Shown piece after piece: positions 38,863 through 52,538 of a stretch of 64,000 bases of DNA (its first letter is position 1; the number at the start of each line of letters is the position of its first letter). This stretch comes from Octopus vulgaris (taxonomy: Eukaryota): assembly GCA_951406725.2 (NCBI GenBank), contig OX597819.1, positions 41,850,001 to 41,914,000 on the forward strand, given 5' to 3'. A program made the position numbers and the translations under genes. Under the pieces are notes generated by a model, which was not told the DNA's origin, did no database searches, and saw nothing but the letters and a program-made list of their open reading frames with translations.

Positions 38863-41019
38863 CTTATCAGAACAAAAGAGAATAAAAATTTTTTTAAATA
38901 CTAAATTATTCTAATTTTTTATTAAAATATAGAAAACAAAGCTTTCTGGTTCAAAGAAATTGAAAGAATATCATGATTGGTGCTTTTCTTTTTTTAACAA
39001 GAATAACCTCAATCAGCCTTCTCTTTGGAAAATTTTTCAATAATATTCACATCAATACTCAGCAGGGCTCAGTGGTTAGAGCATTGAGCTTACAATTGTG
39101 AGGTTGTCAATTCAATTCCTGGACTAGGCTGTGTATTGTGTTCTTGAGCAAGACACTTTATTTTACGTTGCTTCAGTTCACTCAGCTGTAGAAATGAGTT
39201 GCAATGTCACTGGTGCCAAGCTCTGTTAGCCGTTGCCTTTTAATTGGACAACAACCTTGCTCAGAGGGGAACTTTCTAGGTATAATTTTATGGTCATTCA
39301 TGACTGAAGTGGGTCTTTACATTTTACTCAGTACAAGCAGGATCTGACAGCCACATGGTTTGGGATTGGCTCCTCAGGTTGATCAATACCTCATGAGTGA
39401 TATTTGGTAAATGATGGAAACCTATAAGCCTTATAAGCATTTGTTTATAATATGCACTCATTTATCATGTGCACAACTGCTTTTGGGTTATGAAATCCTT
39501 AACAAAATAATCTTTTGTGTATAATATACAATAACCTTTCATATTGATATTATGATGCCTAGGAAAAGAAATCAGTGATCAAATTTATTATAATTGTTGT
39601 TTAAAATATATTGCAAAACTTCATACATCTTCAAATCAAAACCAAATTCAAAAGTGATTGTTGGTCTTTACTAAAGTAAGGTGTAAAAACATACCCCCAG
39701 GAAAGTCAATCTGTGAAAAACCAACCAATGCAGGCAATTATTTAAAAAATGATATAGAATGCAAGTACTTTCAGTATACTTCCATTTAAGGCGATGAGCT
39801 GACAAATTAGTTAGCTTGCCGGACTAAAAGCTTAGCAACATGTCTTTTGGCTTTACATTCTGAGTTCAAATTCTTTTGAGGTAGACTTTGCCTTTCATCC
39901 TTTCAGGGTCAATAAAATAAGTACCAATGTAATCAACTAGCCCCCACCCAACAAATGTCAGGCCTTGTACCTATATTAGAAAGAATTACATTTTCATTTA
40001 AACACTTTCATTAATATTTTCATTCTTTCTACAGAAAGATTTACAGTAACTGTTTGTCATAATATTTGCAGTATTTCAGGAACAAAGGTTTGAGTTTATA
40101 TTCATCTTTCGATATCAACAGTATCCATGTATTTTCCTTATCTATTTAATCTTCACATCTATTACATTAAAGTGTTAATAATAGATTCCTGTGGTGTAAA
40201 AAAATCTGTAATGCAGTGGAAAGGGGATTATAAAAGTGTGTATGCAAAAGAGAGAGAGAAATTCAAATAGATGCTACTGGCATGTGTTGTGTACACATAT
40301 ACACATGAATGCTGTTGACATACACACACAGCAGATCTTAGCTGTGTGTATGTGTTTGTGACAGAGTGGAATGTATGTGTATATGCATGCATAACATCTA
40401 CATTTGTGTGGGAACGGCACATAAAAAGCACCATTCAAATGTGATCATTACCAGTGTTGCCTTACTGGCCCTTGTGCTGGTGGCACATGAAAAGCATTCA
40501 AGCAAGGTCGTTGCTAGTACCGCTGGTCTGGCTCCTGTGCAGGTAGCACATAAAACACACCACTTGAGCATGGCCATTGCCAGTACCACCTGACTGGCCC
40601 TCGTACCGGTGGCACGTAAAAGCACCCACTACACTCTCAGAGTGGTTGCCATTAAGAAGGGCATCTAGCTGTAGAAACTCTGCCAGATCAGATTGGAGCC
40701 TGGTGCAGCCATCTGGTTCGCCAGTCCTCAGTCAAATCATCCAACCCATGCTAGCATGGAAAGCAGATGTTAAACGATGATGATGATTGCTTATCCACAA
40801 GTTATAAAAAAGTAAAAAATATTCCAAGATATGACATTACATACTGATCAATTAAGTTTTAAAATCCTCATCAAACTTCCTATTTTGGGATCTATATATC
40901 ATACTACACTGCATCCAATTATTGATACATATAAGAAAAATTCACTGGAGCTTTATATCTCTGTATCCCATAGGTGTGAAAGGATAAGGAAAAAAACAAT
41001 ACTAGTGAAAATTTCCTAC

Positions 41020-41629
41020 CAGAAGAATATTTTCTTTGCCTTCCTGGCTTACTTCCGCCTCTAGAACTTTCCTCATCTTTTTTTACCTCTTTCAAATTTA
41101 TAGATGGCTGTGATGTATTCTGTTTTTTCCACCGTGGAACAGTGCTGGCACTAGATTGCAAATAGCCACGGCTCTTAGAAGTCTCGGAATCTTCATGCTC
41201 ACTGGGCTTCATAAACTGAGATCTTTTATTGTCACTTGGTTTGGAACAATAACCTGAATTTCTGCTGGAATAATCCATAGAAGTTTTATAAGAGCTTCGA
41301 GATGACTGGTAGATATTACTGTCCTGAGATTTGTCATGGTGATAAGAGCTAGGTGACTTGGAGCGATATTTCTGACTGGAATTGTCCTTATTTTTATCAT
41401 AAGAACCATGTTTACGACTGTCCTCTGATTTTGATTGAGTATCTGGATAATATTTATTAGGAGACTCAGGAGATCTGAACATGTTTCTTCTGTCTCCAAA
41501 TCTCTCCCTATTTCTACTTGAAAATTCATGAGATTTCTTAGATTCCGTATACCTATACTGCTGGGAACCGTGCTTCTCTCTTTCAAGTTTTTCTGCTTTT
41601 TTCATCAGTGATTCTAGTTTCCTCAAAGA
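41020..41629 (-). CDS. CWF19L2: CWF19L2 coding exon 7 (large low-complexity Ser/Arg/Lys exon)
   Basis: Within ORF 40919-41686; acceptor TTTTAAG; donor after 41020, or alternatively after 41053. Confidence 0.85.
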
Positions 41630-42127
41630 CTTAAAAGAAAAGAAAAAGAAAGAAATCAATATTAAAAAAATCAATGGAAATAACAAATATCATCATCATC
41701 ATCATTTCATCATCATTTTAATGTATTCTTTTCCCTGCTTGCATAAGTCAGACAGATTTTTTACAGTTGGGTGCCCTTCCTGTCACCAACCTCCACCTGT
41801 TTCCAAGCAAGGTAATATTTCTCCATGACCAGACATGTTCTTACAGAATAATGAAAATGAATGGCATTCTTTATATGGCAGTGACAATCATTTTACAACT
41901 ATCGTGGAAAGTCAAGATAAGGAAACACAAACACACACAAACAACAAACACCTATTTCTATCTTCCTCTGCAGAGTGGTAGGTGTTGGGAAGGGCATCTA
42001 GTTATAAAAACCATGCCAAATAGACAGAGTAGCATAGGGTAGTTTTTCTACCTGGCCAGCTCCTGTGAACTGTTCCACTCTTGCATAGATGGAAGAAGGA
42101 TGTTAAATGATGATGATGTGTGTGTGA

Positions 42128-42175
<48 letters not shown>

Positions 42176-42559
42176 ATGTATATACATATATATATATACA
42201 TACTGGTAAAAACGGTAAGATAACAAAAGAAAGAAAGAGACCTCAATATTATGTAAATAGAGGAAATTTATCTGTAAAATAATATGTGACAATTATTCAA
42301 TAGCCAAGATAAAACTCTGAGTTTCGGATGCCAAGGTGGAAATCCACAACCCTTATTTTTTTTTTTTGGTCACCCTGGAGCTGTAGTAGAAGACACTTGC
42401 CCAAGGTGACAAACATATGGACTGAACCAGGAACCATGTGGTTGGCAAGCCACAACAGCCATGCCTCCACCTACTGATATAATGATATAAACTAATAATA
42501 CAAAATATAACATTCCAACGAAGAATTGCAAATTCCACAACATTAATGAAAGCACTTAC

Positions 42560-42745
42560 ACCCCATCTTTCTGCAACAACATCTTCTAAACTTTGACCAG
42601 TTTCTTCAGCTTGCTCCTGACATCTTTTGTAAGATTTCCTCAGCCAAGAAATATGAGGCACTGCTGTTTCTTTTTTATCTTCTTCTGGTAATCCTGTCCC
42701 ACCATCTTTCCAAAATGGGTTTAGTTCTCGCTCTTGTTGTACAGA
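42560..42745 (-). CDS. CWF19L2: CWF19L2 coding exon 6 ([16 protein letters not shown]...[13 protein letters not shown]...EDVVAERWG)
   Basis: Diagnostic [15 protein letters not shown] motif. Confidence 0.97.
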
Positions 42746-42759
42746 CTATTAAAATTTAC

Positions 42760-42792
<33 letters not shown>

Positions 42793-42838
42793 TAACAATA
42801 ATAATAATAACAATAACAATAACAATAATAACAATAAC

Positions 42839-42898
<60 letters not shown>

Positions 42899-42905
42899 AA
42901 GAAGA
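42760..42905. repeat. Compound (AAT/AAC)n(AAG)n microsatellite
   Basis: Seen directly. Confidence 0.95.
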
Positions 42906-43138
42906 ATGGTTTCAAATTTTGCCACAAGGGCAGCAATTTTGGGGGAGGAGATGAGTCGATTACATCAACCCCAGTGTTTCACTGGTACTTAATTTATTGA
43001 CCCCGAAAGGACAAAAGGCAAAGTCAACCTCGGCAGAATTTGAACTCAGAGCGTAGTGGCAGACGAAATACAATTAAAGCATTTTGCCTGGCATGCTAAC
43101 AATTCTGCCATCACACCACCTTATTATTATTATTATTA

Positions 43139-43176
<38 letters not shown>

Positions 43177-43699
43177 ATAATAATAATAATAAATAAATAA
43201 ATAAATTTTGTAGAGTTCTGACATGTTTTGATACTTATAACAATATTTATAATATCTATAAAAGAATACAGAAAAATTTGTAGATTGGGGAGGGGGGTTT
43301 CTTGTCTTTGTCTTTTTTCTTTTGCTTTTTTTTCTTTCTTTTTCTTTTTGTTTAGCCCTGAAGCAAAGTTTGAAGTCAAAACATAACATCTTAAAATAAC
43401 AAATACTAAAAATAAATTAAAATATATATCTTTTATTTTGTTTCTGTCATTTGGCTGCAACCATGCTGGGGCACCACCTTGAAGGGTTTTAGCCAAACAA
43501 ATCAACTGAAGGACTTTTTTTTTTAAAGTCTAGTACTTATTCTATCGGTCTCTTTTGCTGAACTGGTATGTTACAGGGATGTAAACAGACCAACACCAGT
43601 TGTTAAGAGGTGACGGGGGACAAGCACAGACACAAAGACACACGCATACACAGATATGTACATACATACACACACATACATACATGCATACATACATAA

Positions 43700-43730
<31 letters not shown>

Positions 43731-44199
43731 TCATCATTTAAAGTCCATGGGTTGGGCGGTTTGACTGAGGACTGGCAAGCCAATAGGCTGAACCAGGCTC
43801 CAATCTTATCAGGCAAGGTTTCTACAGCTGGATGCCCTTCCTAATGCCACCACTCTGAGAGTGTAGTATGTGCCACCGGCACAAGGGCCAGTCAGAGGAC
43901 ACTGGCATTGACCACATTCAGATGGTGCTTTTTACATGTCACCAGGACAGGAGCCACTCAAGGGGTACTAACATCGACCATGTTCGGATGGTGTTTTTTA
44001 CATGCCATGATCACAGGAGCCAATCAGGCTTGGACGGTTTGACTGAAAATTGGTATGCTGGGGAGCTGCACTAGGTTCCAATCTAATTTGGTATAATTTC
44101 TACAGCTGGATGCCCTTTTTAACACCAACCACTCCAAGAGTGTAGTGGGTGTTTTTTATGTGCCACCAGCACATGTGCCAGTCAGATGGTACTGGCATC

Positions 44200-45610
44200 G
44201 GTTCAATAGGTCTTCACAAGCACAGCATATTACCCAACGATTGAAGGGTGCTTTCAACAGGCCAGTTATGTGACACTGGCATCCAGCCACGACCACAATC
44301 TCATTTGACTTGACAGGTCTTCCCAAGCACAGCATATCTCCAAAGGTTTCAGTTGCTTGTCATTGCCTCGTGAGGCACAGCATTCGAAGGTCATGCTTCA
44401 CCACCTTGTCCCATGTCTTCCTGAGTTTAACTCGTCCACAGGTTCTTTCTACCATTAGAGAGAGGCACTTCTTCGCACACCTGTCCTCATCCATACACAT
44501 CACATGACCATACCAGCGCAGTCATCTCTCTTGCACACCACATCTGATACTTCTGATGTTCTACTTTTCTATCAGGACGCTTACACTCTGTCATGCATGC
44601 ACACTGACATTACACATCCAGTGGAGCATACAAGCTTAATTTCTTACAAACCTATGCATGTCCTCTGCAGTCACAGCCCAAGTTTCACTGCCATGTAGCA
44701 TGGCTGTTCACACACAGGCATCATACAATCTGCTTTCACTCTGAGCAAGAGGTCTTTTGTTACCAGCAGAGGTAGGAGCTCTCTGAACTTTGCTCAGCCT
44801 ATTCTTATTCTAGCAGCTATGCTTTCAAAGCAGCCACCCCTATTACTGACTTGCGTCACCTAGGTAACGGAAGCTATCGACTACATCTAGATTTTCCCCT
44901 TGGCATTTGATGGAATCTATTTTCTGTACATTCTTGGTGTTTATTGTACCTGTGCACCTTCCACACACAAAAGCTATCTTCTCTTATATTGCTGCACTTC
45001 TTATGTGTCCATAGCTTACACTGGGTACATCTTATGAAGTTTCTAGCAATGCCTTTTCTACAGATTGAGTAGGGCCATCTACCGAATGAATTTGTGAGTT
45101 TTCCACCTTCCTACTAACTGCTAGGTTAACTCTAAAGCCCTTCAATTCTAAACTTTGCTTCCACACCTGAAACCTTTTCTCTAGTTCTGGTAGCCACTCA
45201 GCTATTAGAGCAAGGTCATCAGCATAGAGGAGCTCCCAGGGGCAGCCTATCTTGAGTTTCTGTTATTGCCTGGAGGGCTATGATGAACAAGAAGGAGCTG
45301 AGGACTGATCCTTGGTGAACCCCTATTTGTACCCTGACTCCTTCACTATACTTGTTGCCAATCCTCACCTTACTGACAGCATCCCTGTACATAGCTTATA
45401 CAGCTTTCATCAACCACTCATCTATCCCTAGTTTCCACACTGACCACCAGATAAGGGATCAGGGGATGCTGTCAAATTCTTTCTCCACATGAACAAAAGC
45501 CAAGTACAGAGGTTTATCTTTGGCTACGTATTTCTCCTGCAGCTGTCTTACCAGAAATATGACATCAGTGGTGCTTCTCCCTGGCACAAACCCAAACTGC
45601 ATCTCTTCTT
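44200..45610 (-). mobile_element. Degenerate RTE 3' half, with tail modules continuing to ~43730
   Basis: Reverse complement is colinear with RTE 10520-11900 (QFGF, YADD, PHD, LRWYGHV). Confidence 0.9.
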
Positions 45611-46580
45611 AACTAACTCTCCCCCTAATTCATTTTTGCCCAAGGTGCCATGCAGTGGGATTGAACACAGAACTATGTGGTTGGAAAGCAAGCTTCTTAC
45701 CACACAGCCACAACTGCTCCTATATAAATTGTTTTATTTTATTTTTCAAACTGAATAGCAAATCATGAATTGGTAAGAAAACTAGTTAATGGTAATTAGA
45801 ATCAATGAAACTAAAATTTGTAACTAAAAATTATTTTGGAACATCATAGACTTCAAGAGTTTCTCTCTAGTCCACAACAGCAACAGCAATACAAAAGAAC
45901 GTGTCTTTCATCACTCAAATGTACTATATTTTCTTTGCTAGATTCTTTAAAAAAAAAACAAAAAAAAAATATTATTTCCACAAGAACACAGATGCTGTGT
46001 CAATTTGGCAAACCATATCAACTGCACCAGTCTTGGAGGATCTGTAAAGAATCATGAGCATGACTAAAACCAGTCACCAAGAAGTCAAAAGCAGTGAATT
46101 ATGTCCACAGCAGTGGATTCTCAATAGATAAAACACAAAAATACAATTTACCCTTACAAGCACTAATACTTTTCTGCTCTGAGCACAAGGCCCGAAATTT
46201 TAGGGGAGTGGGGAGCAGTCAATTACATCAACCCCAGTACGTAACTGGTACTTCATTTATTGATCCCAAAAGGATGAAAGGCAAAGTTGACCTCAGCACA
46301 TAAAGACAGATGAAATACCACTAAGCATTTTGCCTGGTGTGCTAAACACTGTAAAAGCAATGAGGTTAACTCAGAGTTGGGGGTTACTCTTCTAGCAAGA
46401 ATACCACCCTCCTTCAGAGGAAGAAAGGTGAAAAATTAGGAAAGTAAAACATTCCTGTAGAATCATTCTTTTATAGAAATCAATGTAGAAGACAAATCAA
46501 AAAATCATTAGGAGAGAAAAAAATGGAAAATTTAGTTAAAATTTTTAATTAGAAAAATCTAACTCATTTTCTTTTTTTAC

Positions 46581-46700
46581 CTCTAATTTTTTCTTCTCTT
46601 CTTCCTTCTTAGCATTTTTCAGCTTGTTTTCTTCTTGTTTGATTTGGTAACGGCTTACAGTTGGTAATGCTTCAAATCCCATTTCCATCCAGTTGTCTCT
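46581..46700 (-). CDS. CWF19L2: CWF19L2 coding exon 5 (RDNWMEMGFEALPTVSR...EEEKKKLE)
   Basis: RD.WM motif; AG/GT boundaries; 120 nt. Confidence 0.92.
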
Positions 46701-46769
46701 CTAGATAATAAAATATACAAATATATATGTGCATGTGTGTGAGAGAGAGAGAGAGAGAGATTTTAAGCC

Positions 46770-48965
46770 TATGTGGGTTACGGGCTTAAAATATCTGATA
46801 GTGGGGATTTATGGTCTAGTCGACCGTATTGTAAATCAGGTAATTCACAAAGGAGTCATGCCCGATGAATGGTGTAGCAGCACCATAATCAACAGCTACA
46901 AAGGTAAAGGTGATGCTCAGGATACAAATAACTACAGGTGTATCAAATTGCTGGATCAGGTGATGAAGGTCATGGAGAGGGTCATAGCCCAACTAATTAG
47001 GGAGAGAGTTAGCCTAGATGAGACGCAGTTTGGTTCTGTTCCAGGTAGAAGCACCACTGATGCTATATTTCTGGTAAGGCAACGGCAGGAGAAACACCTA
47101 GCCAAGGATAAACCTTTGTACTTGGCTTTTGTTGGTTTGGAGAAAGCTTTTGACAGGGGACCCCAATCCCTTATCTGGTGGGCAATGCAGAAACTAGCAG
47201 TAGACAAATAGTTGGTAAGAGCTGTACAGGCTCTGTATAGGGATGCTGTCAGTAAGGTGAAGGTTGGCAATGAGTATAGTGAAGAATTCTGGGTAGAAAT
47301 AGGGGTCCACCAAGGATCAATCCTCAGCCCTCTCTTATTCATCATAATCCTCCAGGTAATAACAAAGAAATTCAAGACAGGCTGCCCCTGGGAGCTCCTC
47401 TACTCTATGACCTTGCTCTAATAGCTGAATCACTACCTGAACTAGAGATGAAGTTTCAAGTATGGAAGCAAGGTCTAGGATCGAAGGGCTTTCAAGTCAG
47501 TCTAGCAAAAACCAAAGTCCTAGAATGTAAGAAGGCGGACAAATCACAGACCCCTTCAGGTAGATGGCCCTGCTCAATCTGTAGAAAAGGCGTAGGTAGA
47601 AACACCGTAAGATGTACTCAGTATAAGCTATGGACACATAAGAGGTGCAGCAATATCAAAGGGAGGCTAACTGGGAAAATAGTTTTTGCGTGTGGCAGAT
47701 GCACAGGGGCAATAGACAACGAAGATGTTCAGAAAATAGATTCCACTACATACCAGAATGCTCTGAGAGCATTGCCACTAGAATAAGAATAGCCTGGGCA
47801 AAGTTCACAATCACAAGATCAAGGTTTTCAACAACATCTGACTGTCTCACCAATACAGTGATATAACAGAGCTATTGCCTCTATTGGCAACAACAGCAAT
47901 GCTATACAGGAGTGAGACATACACCTTCAATGCAAAGGACATGTGAAGACTAGAGAAGAATGAAGTTAATATTGGATGTGCAATATCAGTGTGCATGAGC
48001 AAAAAAGTGCTAATGTGCTGAGTGGAAGATTGAGCATAAGAGGAATCAGATGCAGTGTGTAAGAGAGAAGATACTGCTTGTTTGGTCATGTGGTGCATAG
48101 GGATTAGAGCAGTTGCATGGAGTGCAGGTCACTTAAAGCGGATGGAACATGTGAAAGAGGAAAGACAGAGGATGACATGGGATGAAGAGAAAGCTGATCT
48201 TAAGATCTTGAGTTTCTCAAAGGAGATGACAAAAGCTAGAGATGATTGATGATTTGCTGTGCTTGACAAGACTGGTCTATCACAGCAAATATGATGTCCT
48301 AAAACCACCACCTTGATTATGCTTGTACATGCAGGACCCTGCTCCTCCACACTTTCTGCCCTATCAAGCATTCTCAACATTTCATCCCCTGACATCCCTC
48401 ATTCTTCTATCTAAGAGCACAATCAACTCATATTACATCCCCCACGTTCTTGTGCTTCAAGAGAGTAACTGGTCTGAAAATATGAATATTTGTCTATTGG
48501 ATGAGGACAGCTGTGTAAAGAAGTGCTGAGCTCTAATAGTAGTGGGTACCTGTAGAAGGGGTAGACCCAGGAAGATGTGGGATGAAGCAGTGAGAAAGGA
48601 TCTTCAGACACTGAGCCTCACTGAGGAAATAAGAAGGGACCAGGAGATGTGGCGATTTGCTGTACTTGATAAGACATGTCAAGTTATGTAAAATTGACAT
48701 CTTCCACATATACAGGCTTGCCCTTTCAGGCACTGGTGCCACTTACAAAAGCACCTATGCCGGTGTTGCGTTAATACACCTGTACTGGTACAGCCAGCAC
48801 ACTCTGATAAGGGGTTGGCATTAGGAAGGGCACCCAACTGTAGAAACCATGCCACAACAGACAGTTGGAGTTAGGACAGTTCCTTGCTAGCCAGCTCTAT
48901 ATCAAACCGTCCAACCCATACCAGCATGGAGAGTGGATGTTAAACCATGATGATGATGATGATGA
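46770..48965 (+). mobile_element. Cluster of degenerate RTE fragments ending in a (GAT)n tail
   Basis: ORFs 46729-47786 are homologous to the RTE RT and PHD region; further C-terminal pieces at ~47850-48290 and ~48495-48965. Confidence 0.88.
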
Positions 48966-49055
48966 TAAGTGAGTACTGTTTCTTTTATCTATTCTTCTTT
49001 ATGTAGAAAAGAATAAAGTTATGAAAATTGAAGACAATAAACTGAATCATAACCA

Positions 49056-49307
49056 TTAACCCTTACTATGCTAATTAAATATTTCCTGGTGATGAAACAT
49101 ATAACACATGATGTAATCATATGCAAATCAGTTCTTGTAAATTTTTTTCTATTTGCCAGTAAATGTAAAAGGTGTGCACTATATCATATGAAATGTGGAG
49201 AATTCTTGAAAATACCCCGCTATCAAAAACAAAGAAACTCAGTTCTCATGTCTCAAGTGTACATGAACAGACCTGAATATACTCAGTTCCCATGCAGTAA
49301 GAGTTAA
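49056..49307. mobile_element. Possible TTAA-flanked MITE
   Basis: Imperfect TIRs ttaacccttact ... agtaagagttaa. Confidence 0.5.
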
Positions 49308-49407
49308 GTGTAATTAATTAAACAATACATTTTCTCCAAATATTTCGAAACCTTTGAGGTCTTATGCTCACCTAGGAATAAAAGGGTTAAGAAAGTAATA
49401 CCCATAC

Positions 49408-49491
49408 CTTTAAAGGTGCATTTGAAGATGGATCTGTTGCAGGAACTGCAGCAGATTTTTCAATCCACTTGCCTTCATTATCAGAGCTTTC
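49408..49491 (-). CDS. CWF19L2: CWF19L2 coding exon 4 (ESSDNEGKWIEKSAAVPATDPSSNAPLK)
   Basis: Corresponds to the S..EDEWVE segment; AG/GT boundaries. Confidence 0.88.
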
Positions 49492-50401
49492 CTTTATAAA
49501 TATATAAATAATTTCCTTTTTTATCTCAAGTCAATGTGAGACAGTAAAAAAAATAAATAAAATTACATAAAATAAAATTACATAATATTACATAAAATTA
49601 CATATAAAATTACATAAAATGAATATTTAGATACATGTAGTGTATAGATGAAAAGCATTAAATAACATTGTCCAACAAATTTTCAGTTTCCATAACATTC
49701 AACAACAAAGTCAATTCATCTTTACTACAAATATATTGATCACAAAATTTAAAATTAGTCTTTAATGTGCACCTCAGTATTTGATGGAAATTCAGAAATA
49801 GGTAAGGTCTGACAACAGGGAACGCATCTGGTTATTAAAAATCTTCCCAAGTAAACTCTATCCAACCCATGCAGGCTTGGAAAAGTAGATGTCAAAGAGG
49901 ATGACAATGATTTAGTCACAAAAGAAAGCCTAGTGTCCATGATCATTTTCAGAGATTCTGAGATTAGTAACAAGAACGGAGAAAGTTACTCTCAGACCAA
50001 AATCATGGTCCAAATGCTTACAACACAATGGATTCAACAAAAGGCATTCAAAGCCAAGTGGTGATGTTAATTTGGGTAACAGATAAAGTTTACCAGCCAA
50101 AATCAGAAACAGTCCTTTTGCTGAGCTTCTACATCATTTCCATCTACTAAATTTCACTCAAAATTTTTAAAGCCTTAAAAGGAGACACTTGCCCAAGATG
50201 TCAGACAAATGAATTGAACCTGAAATCACAAAGTTGTGAAGTGAGGTTCTTACCCACACAGCCATACCTGTACTCAGTGATGACATCTGACTAGTTGTTT
50301 AGCAGTAAGTGGCCAGTTACAGCAACAGTTTTATAAATAGCAACTAGCCTATTTCATAAAGTGACAATGACAGATCTTTCGAAAGATAACTAAACACTTA
50401 C

Positions 50402-50506
50402 TGAATCAGATGATTCTGAATCACGGTGCCGTTTCTTCTCTTTTTTATGTTTCTTCTTTTTTTTCTTCTCTTTCTTTGATTTCTTTGACTTGGTTTTGTG
50501 TTCACT
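50402..50506 (-). CDS. CWF19L2: CWF19L2 coding exon 3 (poly-Lys, SEHKTKSKK...DSESSDS)
   Basis: Lys-rich segment typical of the CWF19L2 N-terminus; AG/GT boundaries. Confidence 0.92.
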
Positions 50507-51242
50507 CTGCAATATTATAAAAATTTAAGGATTAAAAAAATTGACAATCTGTTGGTTATAATGACAAGGGTTTCAGATGATCCAATCACTGTAAGAGCTT
50601 GCTTGTGAAATTAACATGCATGTGGTGGAGCACACCACAGACACACATACCCTTAATATAGTACTTAAGAAGATTCAGCATGACACAGAATGTGACAAGA
50701 CTGGCCCTTGGAATTACAGGTACAACTCAGTTTTGCCAGCTGAGTAGACTAGAGCATTGTGAAATAAAGTGTCTTGCTCAAGAACACAATGTACCACTAA
50801 GAGTTGAATTCATGATCTTACAACTATGAAGCCAAGTGCCTTCATGATTCAAATTTGAGGCTTAAGATGTAATAAAATACCATTCTCAAGATAGAGATAA
50901 TTTGAGACAGAATTATCACTATGTACTATATACTGCACAGGAACTTTTATTTGGCACTGCATGGCATCCTTATGTGACACCAGCACAGGACCCTTGCAGG
51001 CCTGTCCTCTCCACCAGTGGGGGTGGACTGGCCTTAACACTTCTACTGAGGAGCACAAGTTTTCTTAAGTACAGCAAGGCACCAAATTATTACAACATCA
51101 GTAATTCTGCAACAACCACAAAATATTGTAATTTCCTGTATGCAATGATGTTTAAGCTTTCAATTTTATCATTGTCATAGTTCCCACTGAGTGACATCTT
51201 TGGACTGATCTTAAATGTTTGATTGATTACCTAAATTATGTG

Positions 51243-51552
51243 AAGGCACATGGCCCAGTGGTTAGAGCAGCGGACTCGCGGTTGAGGGATCGCAGGTTCG
51301 AATCTCAGACCAAGCGATGTGTGTGTTTATGAGCGAAACACCTGAGCTCCACATGGCTCCAGCAGAAGGTAATGGCGAACTTCTGCTGACTCATTTGCCA
51401 CAACTTTCTCTCACTCTTTCCTCCTGCATCTTGCAGCTCACCTGCGACGGACCAGCGTCCCATCCAGGTGGAGAACCTATATGCCAAGGAAACTGAGAAA
51501 ACCGGTCCTATGATCCAGGCATGGCTTGAGAAGGAACAAACAACACCAACAA
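51243..51552 (+). mobile_element. tRNA-derived SINE (Arg-like head)
   Basis: A box tggcccagtgg, anticodon-like ggactcgcgg, B box ggttcgaatc, non-tRNA body, (CAA)-like tail. Confidence 0.8.
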
Positions 51553-52433
51553 CCTAAATTATAAACCTACTTACTTTAACAGTTTGTTACTTTAAGCCTA
51601 GTGAGTTGTTTTCATATTTTGTGTACAAAATGCACTTTTTATTTCTATTGCTAAGCATCTTCATCAATGCCATAACTTGTGTATTGATGATGATTAATGA
51701 TACAAATAAAAAGTGTAAATCATAGACAAATGAACAATAGTAGTTAGCAGTAAAAGTAACCCTGAAATTTGTTCAAATGCTCAAAGAGCTTTGTAGAAGT
51801 TATTGACAGCTTTTTTCGTCTAGGTAATCTAACTACCAGTGGAAGAAGGTGTTCCAGAGGTATAGTATCTACAGTTGAGAATGAACTGGAAAATATTCAT
51901 GAGAATATTACCTCTACAGACAACAAAGGCATTCTCTCTCTTTCTTTGAGTGAATGGTTGATTATATGATGTTTGTGTACAAAATGCAAAGTTGTATGGT
52001 AGCAAAACCTGGGCATTGAATATGGAGAAAATATAAGGATCAGAAAGAGATGAAGCAAGCATGTTCTGCTAGATGAGAAATGTTAGTGTACACAATCAAT
52101 GGACTACATATGAGCCAAGAAAAACTGTATGTTCAAGATGTTAGATGGAGTGTGTAAGACAAAAGACTGAGCTGGTATAAACATGTAATGAGCATGGAAG
52201 ATGACAGCTAGATAAAGAAGAATCAAATATTTAAAGTAGACAGAACTTGTGAAAGAGGAAAAGTAATGAAGATAATAGGAGAAAGTGTTGGAGGCTGAAC
52301 ACAGGATGATGAACTTCATAAAGAAAAAGGACAAAATGGTTACAACAAAAAACGAGAGCCTATGTTGACGAAGACCATACAATAATCCAAGCAAGTATGG
52401 AAAAATAGACATAAGATGATGATGATTGCTTAC

Positions 52434-52538
52434 TTGTTTATCAATTCTCTCCAATACAGATGGCAACATCCAGTCATCATATCCTTTCTGTTTAGCAATT
52501 TCCTTTTTTCTTTCAGCTTTTTCATAATTAGATTTTGC
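52434..52538 (-). CDS. CWF19L2: CWF19L2 coding exon 2 (AKSNYEKAERKKEIAKQKGYDDWMLPSVLERIDKQ)
   Basis: G.D.WMLP motif; AG/GT boundaries. Confidence 0.95.

Noticed and set aside
42721-43505. Poly-Asn/Ile/Leu/Lys ORFs
   Set aside because: Translations of trinucleotide microsatellites
45860-45950. Possible extra CWF19L2 exon after a T-rich AG
   Set aside because: Phase-0 reading hits TAG after six codons, and exons 5 and 6 already join in frame
51245-51320. Functional tRNA-Arg gene
   Set aside because: A and B boxes are present, but there is no proper acceptor stem and it continues into a SINE body
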